In this document: positions 1-17,665 of the stretch, piece by piece
Layout: every line of letters begins with the position of its first letter
How positions within the stretch are numbered: the stretch's first letter is position 1
DNA from: the human T2T-CHM13v2.0 reference genome, Homo sapiens
Length of the DNA stretch: 64,000 nt
Reading direction: 5' to 3' (one strand)
Assembly: GCF_009914755.1 (NCBI RefSeq)
Contig: NC_060933.1
The notes under the pieces: generated by a model
Told to the model about the DNA's origin: nothing
Database searches by the model: none
What the model saw: only the letters and a program-made list of their open reading frames with translations
Program-made: the position numbers and the translations under genes

Positions 1-2110
<2,110 letters not shown>

Positions 2111-2487
2111 ACCCAGATCATGCAAATGGACTGATTCCCTTAGGAGAACGAAGACCGTATCTACCTAGAGACTGGAAGAAGACCCTTCTGGGCCTGACAA
2201 GAGCAGATAACAATTCTGGCAACAATTGACCCTGGGGTTTCAGCAGGTCCACAGGTGGAAGTTGAGAGTGGGATTTAATCTGGTTGAGTTCATCTTCTGG
2301 TAGGAAACCACACAGAACCCAGGAGCACCACCAAGATGGCAGGGGGAGCTGTGTGGCTCAGAGACACTAGGGCCCCATCCTCTTCCTGTTCCTCATTGAC
2401 TGGCTGGAAAGGTGGACACTAAAAATTCATGACTCGTTTGTACTTAGTTGAAGTATGGAAGGAGATAACATATTATTTAGACTCTCT

Positions 2488-2583
2488 CCCTCCTTCTCCT
2501 TCCTTCCTTCCTTCCTTCCTTCCTTCCTTCCTTCCTTCCTTCCTTCCTTCCTCTCTCTCTCTCTTTCTTCTTTCTTTCTTTCT
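2488..2583. repeat. (CCTT)n / (CT)n / (CTTT)n microsatellite derived from an Alu tail
   Basis: Directly visible tetranucleotide array. Confidence 0.9.
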
Positions 2584-3011
2584 GATAGTCTTGCTCTTCT
2601 CATCCAGGCTGGAGTGCAATGGCGCAATCTCAGCTCACTGCAACCCCCTGCCTTCCGGGTTCAAGCGATTCTCCTGCTTCAGCCTCCTTAGTAGCCGGGA
2701 TTACAGGTGCACACCACCATGCCCGGCTAATTTTTGTATTTTTAGTAGAGACAGGGTTTCATCATGTTGACAAAGCTGGTCTCGAACTCTTGACCTCAGG
2801 TAATCTGCCCGCCTCGGCCTCCCAAAGTGCTGGGAATACAGGTGTGAGCCACCGCACCCGACTACACATATTATTTTCTAAAAATGTCACTAATCCTGTG
2901 AAAGACTCATTTGAAATGCTTGCCCTAAAACACATTAATAACTTTTTTGATGTGATGAGAGATCTAAGTACTTGTGTTGTGTTCATTTTGAGAACCATCA
3001 AATATTTCTAA

Positions 3012-3294
<283 letters not shown>

Positions 3295-5018
3295 TAGCCA
3301 GGATGGTCTCGAACTCCTGTCGTGATCTGCCCGCCTCGGCCTCCCAAAGTGCTGGGATTACAGGTGTGAGCCACTGCGCCCGATGAGAAAGATTAAAGAT
3401 CTTTTTCATGGCTTCTTGGTGGCTGGCCTGCAACTTTCCTGGCAATGACTGCCCCTATTGAACATACGACATTTCAGATCCTTACCTTTATGTGTTATGA
3501 TTAGAGAATGAAGGGTGAGCTCACTGGTCCTTATCTTTTCCACTGCCTTTAAGGCCCTGACATACTTAACCCCCTCCTTTTCAGTAGACAATATTTTCTC
3601 CCACTTCTTTCAGAAATATGAACTGCTTTATCTTCTCTCATCCTCAAAACGTGTCAAGGTATTCATATCTATCACTCTCTACATTCCCCTCTTTCTTAGC
3701 ACAGGGTTCTGTTAGGACATTTGATTTTAAGTCACATAAACCCAACTCCAACTAGCTTAAACAAAAATGTGACTTTACTATAAAGTTTCCAGGGTATCTT
3801 GGGAAACTTTGTATGTGGTTGGATCCTGGGCATATAGCTGGAGCTAGGGACTCCTTACCACCTCTTTCTATACAGCCTTCTTTGGGACAGCATCATTATT
3901 CTCTCTACTGTTAACTAGTTCTGCTTGCCCAGCCATCTGGTGGCATAGGCCACCAATAGTGCCCAGGTTTATATCTCCATTTCGTCAGTCAACCATGTGG
4001 AACTGGAAGAGCTCGATTCTGATTTGAAATTCCCACAAATGCATTCTGATTAGCCAGCTTAGATCACGACTCACTCCTGGACCAATGAACGTTAGCCACA
4101 GAGTCAGGTCACAGTGTATACCATGGTTGTTCTTATGGTAGCCATCTGAACGGAGTTGGGGGTTGGGGGAAGGTGGGAGGTGGGCTGTCCTCATTGAATA
4201 AGAAGAAGCAGAAGGTCTTGGAAAAGGAAGAGATGCCAGGAGAGACAGAACAATACTTGGCTACTCCATGCCATCCCTTCTCTTCAGGCAAAATGAAAGA
4301 TCTTGAACTTTCAATTCTATCTCTTCTCATCTTCTTCGGGATTTAGTTTAATTAATTACCCTTTTATATTTTTTGTTTTTTTTTAACACTAGATTATACT
4401 GCAATAAGTTACGCTTTTTTCTTTTTACATTTTGAATATTTCTACTCAAGCTCCTTTTCTTTAGGCTTACATTTGCTCAAGAATCTCTTATACCAAAGGA
4501 GCATCCCATAACCTGTCTTCAAGCTCCGGCCCAATCTATGTACCTTTTTTTTTCTGCCATGTAAATGTCATCTGCCCCATATCACACTTTGCCCCAACCT
4601 GGCCTTCTCCCTCTTCATTTCCTTCTTCAATGCCACCTCCATTTTCCCAGAGTGTTTTTTGGTTTCTGAAAGGCTGAACACAGGCAGAGTGAGGGAAGGA
4701 TGAAGTCTACAGGCCATTGTGATGCAGCCCTTCCAGCAGGTGTGACAGGTAGTCTCTGATGTGCCACTGCCCACTCCCTCAGAGCCCGGCCCCAAGAGGC
4801 CCCTTAGATTGTAGAGCATAACACTGACCAGTCTCTGACCTTTCTAGCTTCCTGGTTCCAAAGAGTCTGTGGCCACAGTATCACCTGCACCACACCCACA
4901 CAGCTGATAATCAGCTTATTTACCAAAGTTTCCCTGGGAACAAGGACCTTCTCATGAAGAGAGAGGGTGGGTGCCCTCTTGGAGAGGTTGTTTGCTATTT
5001 GCTCCCTCACAGGGGTAA

Positions 5019-5351
<333 letters not shown>

Positions 5352-5547
5352 TAGATTACAGGTGTAAGCCACCATGCCCGGCCAGAACTGCTTTCTTAAG
5401 GGTACCCATAGGTAAAGGCCAAGCCCTCGCCCTCACTCGCCAACTTGTGTTCTCGCAGCTCTCGGCTATGTTGGTGCTTGTGGGGACAATCACGTGAAGC
5501 CCTTTGCTTCTTTGGTTTAAAAAAAAAAAAATCTCTTGTTTTTTTGA

Positions 5548-5652
<105 letters not shown>

Positions 5653-6654
5653 TGAGTAGCTGAGATTACAGACTTGTGCCACCACACCCAGCTAATTTTT
5701 GTATTTTTAATAGACGGGGTTTCTCCCTGTTGGTCAGGCTGGTCTCAAACTCCCAACCTCAGGTGATCTGCCCGCCTCGGCCTCCCAAAGTGCTGGGATT
5801 ACAGGTGTGAGCTACCATGCCCGGCCAAAATAAAACTCTTTTATTATGAAAATTTTAAAACAGGTACAGAGTAGAGAGACTAGTTTAATGTGTTTACCAC
5901 CCACTTTTCACAATTATCCATTTGAGGCCAATGTTGCTCTGTCTATACCCCCATAGTGACACTCTCCTCCTTTATTTCAAAGCAAATCCTAGATCATATA
6001 CTTTATGGGTAAATATTTCAGTATGTATCTCTAAACAACAACTTTCCTTTTTTGTTTCTCTCCTTTTTTGTTTCTTTTTGGCTTTGCTCAAGTTTATTAT
6101 TGAGGTATGATTTACATGCTGTAAGTTGCCCTTTTTAGGTTAATTTTGAGGTTTTATAAACTCATTCAGCCATAAAACCATCACAATCAGGATATAGAAC
6201 AGTTCTGTCACCTCCCCAAATTCCCCTATATCCCTTTGAGTGAATTCCCCCCCAACCCCCATGCAACTACACAACTGTTTTCTAGTCCTATAGTTTTCTA
6301 TTTTTCAGAATGTCATAAAAATAGAACATCCTACAGTCTGTAGTCCTTTGAAATGTCACTTTTAAAAACATAACCATTATACTGTGATCACTTCACCCCC
6401 AATCAATAATTCTCTAATATCAGATATCACATTTCCACAACTGTCCTAAGAAGTATTTTTTTACAAACTGATTTAAGACCTACATCTACACATTGCAATT
6501 GGTTGTTTTGTCTCTCAAGTCTCTTTTAATCTATAGGTTTCCTCTCCATCTTTTGTTTTGTTTTGTTTAAGAAATTGGGCTGTCACAGTTTCTCATAATC
6601 TGGATTTTTATCAACTGCATCTGCATGTTGTCATTTCTTCTGTTCTCTATAGTC

Positions 6655-7117
<463 letters not shown>

Positions 7118-7653
7118 CTAGTGTGTTGATCTGGTTTAGGTTGGTTGGTTTGTGGGTTTTTTTTGGCAAGCCTATATGGGTGGCATTGCACCCCTTATTT
7201 CTCAGCCCTTCCCACCTGGTCCTCTCTAGGTCTCTCTGACTGCTCCTGCTCCTTGTCAGCCAGGACCTGTGTCTCCTCATAACTCAGGCTTCTGTAAATG
7301 TAAGTGTGTCCAAGGAGATACATTCCACATACTACCCCCAGACCTCCATTCTCTTTGTCTAGTATGGCTTTCAGGTATCTCGTCTAACCTCCTGATTTAC
7401 AAATCTCCTCTCTAATCCTGACCTGTCCATGGTCTCCTAACTTGCCTTTTCAGTTGCCAAGAGAATATCTCTTCCCAGATATTCTTGCTGCTAATACTAA
7501 TTCTCACTAGCCTGCACCTTTAACTCAACAAGTCAAAACATAAATCACTGCTTTCCCTTCTATTTTCCCTTTTGGATTAGTAAATTATTTTCTGATCACT
7601 CAGCCTAGACTATTTGAAGCTGTCTTCTATTTTTTCCGCTCTTTCATGTCTGA

Positions 7654-7978
<325 letters not shown>

Positions 7979-8255
7979 TAGCCAGGATGGGCTCAATCTC
8001 CTGACCTTGTGATCCACCCGCCTCAGCCTCCCAAAGTGCTGGGATTACAGGCATGAGCCACCACGCCCAGCCAACAATGCAAAGTTTTATTTTTTGTTAA
8101 AGTTATATGTTGGCTGTAGGTTGACTGAAGGTCTGGTCTTTTTCATTCCAGGATCTAGGCTGAAGAGCAGCCCCAATTTGGGATACAGCAGAGGGAATAA
8201 AAAGGAATGGTAAAACTAGGAATAGCTTTCAAAGTTCATAAATCAGTTCCATGGC

Positions 8256-8606
8256 TGATCTGGTTTGGGTGTCTCCCCACCCAAATCTCATCTTGAATTC
8301 CCATGTGTTGTGGGAGGGACCTGGTGGGAGGTAATTGAATCATTGGGGCAGGTCTTTTCCATGCTGCTCTTGTGATAGTAAGTCTCACGAGATCTGATGG
8401 TTATTATAAGTTGGAGTTTTCCTGCACAAGCTCCCTTTTTGCCTGCTGCCATCCATGTAAGATGTGACTTGCTGCTCCTTGCCTTCTGCCATGATTGTGA
8501 GGCCTCACCAGCCATGTGGAACTGTGGGTCCAATAAACCTTTTTCTTCTGTAAATTGCCCAGTCTCAGATATGTCTTTATCAGCAGTGTGAAAATGGACG
8601 AATACA
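8256..8606 (+). mobile_element. THE1 (THE1B-like) MaLR solo LTR
   Basis: TGATCTGGTTTGGGTGTCTCCCCACCCAAATCTCATCTTGAATT...GTGTGAAAATGGACGAATACA matches the THE1 termini. Confidence 0.88.
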
Positions 8607-9742
8607 ATGATCATAGCAAATGACAAAGCCAAGTCTCATATTCATTGACTGAGAAAGTATGTTCAAATATCTGGAATCAATAGTATAATCTATCACAATT
8701 GCCATTTTGTATTTCAATTGCATCCCTTATTTCAATTCTCTTTACCCCTGCCTTAAACTTCACTTCTCTCAGCTTCCTCAAGGAAGCCTTCTCTGATGCC
8801 CTCAGACTAGGCCACATCTACTGCTATTGGCTGTTGTGGAATTTATACTTCTCCTTCATGACACATGTGAGACAACTGCAATTATTTATGCACTTATTTA
8901 ATTTCTGACAGCCCCTAGACTGAAAGCTCTGTGAGGGCAGAGACAGTGTCTGTTTTGCTCATTATTTAACCCTTGGCAGCTAGAAAAGTATCTGGCATAG
9001 AGCAGCATGTAAAGGAATGAATGATTGCCTTAGTCATGCCCATATCATCCTTCACCTGGTTTACTGAAAGGCCTTACCAGTAGTTTTGGAAATCTAATTT
9101 ATTTTTCTGCCATCAGGATTTTCTTTCTTAAAGACTTACTCTTGGCTGGGCGTGGTGGCTCACACATGTAATCTCAGAACTTTGGGAGGCTGAGGTGGGC
9201 AGATCATTTGAGATCGGGAGTTGCAGACCAGCCTAGCCAACATGGTGAAACCTCATCTCTACTAAAAGTACAAAAATTATCTGGGTGTGGTGGTATGTAC
9301 CTGTAATCCCAGCTACCTACTTGGGAGGCTAAGGGGGAGGATCGCTTGAACCCTCCAGCCTGGGTGACAGTGAGAATCCATCTCAAAAACAAAACAAAAC
9401 AAAACAAAAAGACTTACTCTTTATATCATCTATTGGTTTTCTAGGTCAGGTTGTGCTGAAGTTTCCTGAATGTGTATGCTTTCTCAGACCTCTATCCTTT
9501 TGCATGGGCTGTTCCTTCTGTAGGATTCCCTCCCTCCCCCGAGTGCTCTGCCTGGTAAAATCCTGTTCATCTTTTAACTTCAGTTCCGAGGCTACCTCCT
9601 CTGCAAAACGTCCCATGACTCTCAGTGCAGACTTGGGCCCCTGCCCTTCTGCTTCCACATATGCACCTCCATTTTAGCAATTATCATGTTTCATTCTAAA
9701 CCCAACATTGTGGTTTTCTAGCGCAGATTAGAAAAAGGAGAG

Positions 9743-10764
9743 TGTTGTGGGAAGTGAGGGACCCCGAATAGAGGGACTGGCTGGAGCCACGGCAGAGGAA
9801 ACATAAATTGTGAAGATTTTATGGACATTTATCACTTCCCTAATAATACTCTTATAATTTTTTATGCTTGTCTTACTTTAATCTCTTAATCCTGTTATCT
9901 TCATAAGCTGAGGATGTACGTCATCTCAGGACCCTGTGATGATTGCGTTAACTGTACAATTTGATTATAAAATGTGTGTTTGAACAATATGAAATCAGTG
10001 CACCTTGAAAATGAACAGAATAACAGTGATTTTAGGGAACAAGGGAAGACAACCATAAGGTCTGACTGCCTGTGGGGTTGGGCAAAAAGCCATATTTTTC
10101 TTCTTCCAGAGAGCCTATAAACAGACATGCAAGTAGGAGAGATAGCAGTAAATTCTTTTTCTAGCAAGGAATATTAAGACCCTAGGAAAAGAATTGCATT
10201 CCTTTGGGGAGGCCTATAAACGGCCGCTCTGGGAGTGTCTGTCTTATGTGGTTGAGATAAGGACTGAAATACGCCCTGATCTCCTGCAGTACCCTCAGGC
10301 TTATTAGGGTGGGGAAAAAACTGCTCCCTGGTAAATTTGAGGTCAGACTGGTTCTCTGCTCTGGAGCCCTGTTTTCTGTTGTTTAAGATGTTTATCAAGA
10401 CAATACATGCACAGCTGAACAGAGACCTTTATCAGGAGTTTTTGATTTTGCCCTTTGCCTTGTGATCTTTATTGGCCTCAGAAGCATGTGATCTTTGTTC
10501 TCCTTTTTGTGCTTTGAAACATGTGGTCTTTGTGACCTACTCCCTGTTCGTACACCCCCTCCCCTTTTGAAATCCTTAATAAAAGTTGCTGGTTTTGCGG
10601 CTCAGGTGGGCATCACGGACCTACTGATATGTGATGTCACCCCCGGTGGCCCAGCTGTAAAATTCCTCTCTTTGTAGTCTTTCTCTTTATTTCTCAGACC
10701 AGCCGACACTTAGGGAAAATAGAAAGAACCTATGTTGAAATATTGGGGGTGGGTTCCCCTGATA
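9743..10764 (+). mobile_element. MER11 (B/C-like) solo LTR of the HERV-K11/HML-8 family
   Basis: Starts TGTTGTGGGAAGTGAGGGACCCCGAA and ends GGGTTCCCCTGATA. 6-bp TSD ggagag/ggatag. Internal AATAAA at 10578. Confidence 0.88.
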
Positions 10765-10821
10765 GGATAGAGGTTAACATTGTGGTTTTCCAGTGCAGAT
10801 TAGAAAAAGGAGAGAGGGAAC

Positions 10822-10896
10822 AGCAGAGTGGTGCAGTGGAAGCATACCTATGGGCCCATAACCCAGAGGTTGATGGATGGAAACCATCCTCTGCTA
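10822..10896 (+). pseudogene. Initiator tRNA-Met (CAT) pseudogene
   Basis: AGCAGAGTGGTGCAGTGGAAGCATACCTATGGGCCCATAACCCAGAGGTTGATGGATGGAAACCATCCTCTGCTA aligns to human tRNA-iMet. Anticodon CAT at 10857-10859. It carries CpG transitions, a 3-nt insertion and a B-box change GATCGAAAC to GATGGAAAC. Confidence 0.9.
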
Positions 10897-11322
10897 GCTT
10901 TGTGATCTTGGCTGGGTGTGGCTGCTCACACCTGTAATCCCAGCACTTTGGGATGCCAAGGTGGGAGGCTCACTTGAGACTAGCCTGGGCAACATAGCAA
11001 GACACCGTCTCCATAAAAAGGAAAACAAAAACAAACAAACACACACACACACAAGAGAGGCATTTCTAAATAGAGGCCTGCTGACAACAGCAGAATTTAC
11101 CACTGATGGCCTGTCAGTAAAGGAGCGGTGCCTGTCCCAGCTAACACAAGCACCTTCTGCAGTGGCTGCAGCAGTGTTTCCCTAGTGAGGACCTACTTCC
11201 TACAACTCTCATCTACAAGTCTGAGCCTGAAAACGACCTCAGATTTTAGCAAAACAAGCACAGTCTTGCTGGCTTCTTCTGTTTTCCTCTGAGTTGAAGG
11301 GGTCCAGGGCAGACTCAGAGCC

Positions 11323-11502
11323 CCTGGTTTCCTCATCATGAGCCTGAGCATGAGTCAGAATCACCTGAGGGCTTATGAAGCCAAAGGTTGCTGGGCTCTA
11401 TCCAGAGTTTCTGATCCAATAGTTCTAGGGTGGGGACTGGAACTCACATTCGTAAAAGATTCCCAGGGGATGCTGCTGCTGCTGGGCTGGCCTTAACCAC
11501 TG
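11323..11502. mobile_element. MER5A-family MITE
   Basis: tcagaatcacctgagggctt...ccagagtttctgatcc...ttcccaggggatgctgctgctgctgg. Confidence 0.65.
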
Positions 11503-12399
11503 GCTTAACAATGGGCCACAAGCAGGACCACAGTGAAAAACTCTAGTCAAACAGGAAGATACAGAAAACTTCATCCTTGATCAGGCACTTCTTGCTTCAT
11601 TTACACAGGTGCCTGCATTTTTTACCCAAGGGAAGACTTTGTGACTTGATAATTTCCACTTGTGGAACCAGTTGAACTGGATATTTACTATCAGATATTT
11701 ACTTATACCAAATAAACATTGTTATACACTATGTAAAAATAGAAGGTGCTGTCATTCTGAATTCCTTGCAAGGGCTGTTCCTTCAAACTTGCTCCCTTGT
11801 GGATCTGTATCACTGAGTCATGTAGGCCAAAAGCATCGTAAGCCAAATAGTTGGAACTCAGTAGTTCTGTTCCTTGCTGTGACTGCATCCTTCCCTCAAC
11901 AAACTTAGAGTAGACATCAGAATTTTGTATTCAACCACTAGCAGTAGTTTCTAAGGCATCATGCAATTAATATAAATCAATTTTAAAATTTATAACCTCC
12001 TGATAGGCCCTCTTGTTAAATTACCAATGTTGTATTTATTTTAAAAATGTTGGCTGGATGCAATGGCTCACTCCTATAATCCTAGCACTTTGGGAGGCTC
12101 AAGGGATCACTTGAACCTGGGAGTTTGAGACCAGCCTGGGCAACATGATGAAACCTTGTCTCTACAAAACATACAACATTTAGCTGGGCATTGTGGTGCA
12201 CCCTTGTGGTCCTAGCTACTCATGAGGCTGAGGTGGGAGGGTCGCTTGAGTCTGGGGTGGGGGGGTCAAGGTTGCAGTGAGCTGAAATTGCACCATTGCA
12301 CACCAACCAGGGTAACAGAGGGTTACCCTGTCTCAAAAAAAAAAAAAAAAGTTAACAATGTTAACAATGGGGAGAGCTATGAAAACAAAATTTTAGAGA

Positions 12400-13524
<1,125 letters not shown>

Positions 13525-13527
13525 TAA

Positions 13528-13803
13528 CAGCAACTTTCAATCTTTTTAGTCTGAGGACCCCTTTACACTCTTAAAAAATATTGAGAACACCAGAGAACTT
13601 GTGGTTTATATGGTAACATCAATAGTTACCACATTAGAAATTTAAACAGACTTTTAATACCAAAGAATCACAAGCACATATTCCATTAGCTGTCGGAGAG
13701 ATAATGACATCACACATCATGTATCCTCTGGGAAGTTCCAATGTACACTGGTAAGAGAATGAAAATGAAAAGAAAGGGAGGAACCACACTTTGAGAATCT
13801 CTG
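13528..13803 (-). mobile_element. Charlie1-family hAT deletion derivative
   Basis: Ends cagcaactttcaatctttttagtctgaggacccctttacactcttaaaaa...ccacactttgagaatctctg resemble Charlie1 termini. Confidence 0.6.
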
Positions 13804-13958
13804 GCATATAAAATAATGGTTTTTTAAAAATACCATTATATTTTGATGAATATGGATATATTTCCAAGTAAACTGTTGTTGGAAGAAGTAAAATATTGAC
13901 TACAGGGAAAATTCTATTGCTGAACAGTTGGTGTAGCATTTTGAGACACAGAAATTAA

Positions 13959-14210
<252 letters not shown>

Positions 14211-15804
14211 TAGCCAGGATGGTCTCCATCTCCTGACCTCGTGATCCGCCTGCCTCGGCCTCCCAAAGTGCTGGGATTACAGGCATGAGCCACCGCGCCC
14301 GGCCCTCAACCGCCCTTCTTAGGTGGCCAGCTCACTCCGGGTATCCTGTAGGTCTGGGTAAATCAACCCTAGGGGAAGGTAAGAGTGTATCTTCTACTTG
14401 GGTTCTGGAGGGCAGTGGAATTGCCCGTAAAGCAGGAGGAAGGGATAGAGGTTGGGACAAAGATGAAAGGAGGAGTGTGGTTTGGCCCCTGGGGGACAAA
14501 CCTGGATTTTCTAGAGACTAGGAGAGGCGGCGGGGCTTGCAGTTTTTGTCAGTGATGGAGATCTCTGGGGACTTGCACATGGCTGTGTGGGTACTGGTGG
14601 GCAGACAAACACTTGGTGCAGAGGACACTGAAGCACCACCCAGGGTCCTGCTGGGCAGTCAGGCCCAGAGAGAGGGCAGACCCTGGGGAGTTGCTGGCCT
14701 TTAGGATACCCTGCGGGTCCGAGCAAGACGTCCTAATGACAGTCACCAATGGGCTGCTGCCCAGGGCCTCTTCTGCCGCTGTCCTGACCTAGAATCCTAC
14801 AACCTTTCAAGGAAGGAGAACGGGAGCCACCACATACACACAGAGGGTGGCTTTCCTCTAGGGATCCTGGGAACCAGATTGGCTTTCATTTACAAACCGC
14901 AGAACAGTTACAGAAGCAAAAGAAGGTAGTTATGACTGGATCTGAGGACATCTTGCCTGAATTGAATTTCCAGCTCTGTCACTTGCTAATAGAAGCCCCT
15001 CACAGGGTCTCCGCTGGGCACACTAAATGAGTGATACATGGAAACTCTTCAGACAGCACCTGGCATGTGTATGTTATCTATCACCTCTTGAACCTCGATA
15101 TCTTGGAGATGTCATAACTGCCACACTACATCCTCTGCAGTTTGGGATGGCTGACGTTTGACCCTTTGCCTAAGTCCCCATATCGAAGGCTAGATTAAGC
15201 CTTAACGCTGGAGCCAAGGGGAGGGAGGGCAGGAACGTACTCTAAATAGAAGTGCTCCCCCGGGGACTGGGCGGCCCAACCTGCTCCAGCAGCCGGGAAG
15301 GTCTTCCTGCCACAGTGACCGCAGCGAGTGGCGTCCGGCCTCGGAGGGACTGAGGGCACTTCTCTGGTGTAAGCACTGGCGTCCAACGCCGGACGCAGCA
15401 AAATCGCTGCAAACTCTGGGTCCAGAGAGGTCCAGGTCCTCCCGGGTTTCTTTTTATTTTAAATTTTTTTCCAGGGAGAGTTCTGGCGCTCCTTCAATCG
15501 GGGGAGGCTGCGAGTCTGAGCCAGGAGATGGGCGTGGGCAGGCGTGGGTAGCACCATCGAGGCCCTGGCCACCTGCCGGGTGCTGGGTAGTCTGGAAGAG
15601 TCTGGAGCCCGGTCTCCGCCTCCAGGCGCCCCACCCTGGACCCCTCCTCCACGCGGGTCCCGCCCCACGGTGGGCGTGGCTTCCAGGGGGAGGGGCCGGG
15701 GAGGGTCTGCGAACGAGTAACCTCCCGCAGGCGAGGCGAGGCGGGGCGGAGCGCGGGAGGCCAGTTGGGAGGCGCACATCCGGCGGTTACCCGGTGCTTC
15801 ATAA

Positions 15805-16386
<582 letters not shown>

Positions 16387-16496
16387 TGACGCACTTGGGT
16401 CGCATTGTGCTTTTTTGCCCTGAATACCTGCTCTCGGAGTGCTGGGAAGAGCACGCCCCCCGCAGGTCCCCGCGGCTGGGGTCACTCCCACCAGGC

Positions 16497-16525
16497 AGAC
16501 TTGCCCCACCCCCAAGAACATGCCT
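16497..16525. promoter_or_regulatory. Candidate p53 response element, two perfect half-sites with 9-bp spacer
   Basis: AGACTTGCCC (16497-16506) and GAACATGCCT (16516-16525) both match RRRCWWGYYY exactly. Confidence 0.65.
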
Positions 16526-17383
16526 ATAATGGTCGAGTTATTTTTGGTCAGAATCAAGTTAATTACTACTTGTTTTTTTTTCTTGCCTTTAGTGTCCTGT
16601 CTTGTGCAAGCCGCTAATTCAACTCCCCCAGGACTGTGCTTTCTCCAGTTCTGAAGTCTGAGGGATGAAAGGAAAGTTTGGGAGTGATAATGTGCGGGTT
16701 TTGGATTTGCCTAGGTCCCTAGATAAGGGTGAGCAGAAACTTCCCCATTGCAGAATCCTGTGTGATTTTAGTTCTTGTGGTAGGGAAGGGTTGCAGCTGG
16801 GAGAGGAAATGCCTCTTATTTTGTGTATGTCCATGGCTCAGAATCCTGGTACAGAATGTGAGACTTTGCGTGGTCATTTCTGTGGCTTATCTTTTCACCG
16901 CCCAAACAAGGGAAACAGGAACTCCTGGTTTGGGTCATTGTGAATTTGAGGTTGTTGTTTAGGACTTTTCCTTTTGGATTTGCTAGAGAGAATGTCTTCA
17001 GCAGGAGTCAGGTGCTTACTGCCTGCAGGAATCTCAGATGATCTAGTCCCTGTCCTTTTATTCATCTGATGAGAAAACTGGGCTCTTGAGGAGGGAGCTG
17101 TCATGCTCACATTTCTGGCATGGCTGGGGCCACAATCCAGAAGTCTGGGCCCTTCCTTCCCTCAGTGCTGAAATCCATGGCTGGCTTCCACACAAACACT
17201 CCTGCTCCTTTTTTTATGATTAGGTTGGTTCCTTAAGAAAACCTAAGGCTGGGCGTTGTGGCTCACACCTGTATTCCTAGCACTTTGGGAGGCCAAGGCA
17301 GGTGGATCGCTTGAATCCAGGAGTTCGAGACCAACCTGGGCAACATGGCGAAACCTCATCTCTACAAAAAAATACAAAAATTA

Positions 17384-17665
<282 letters not shown>

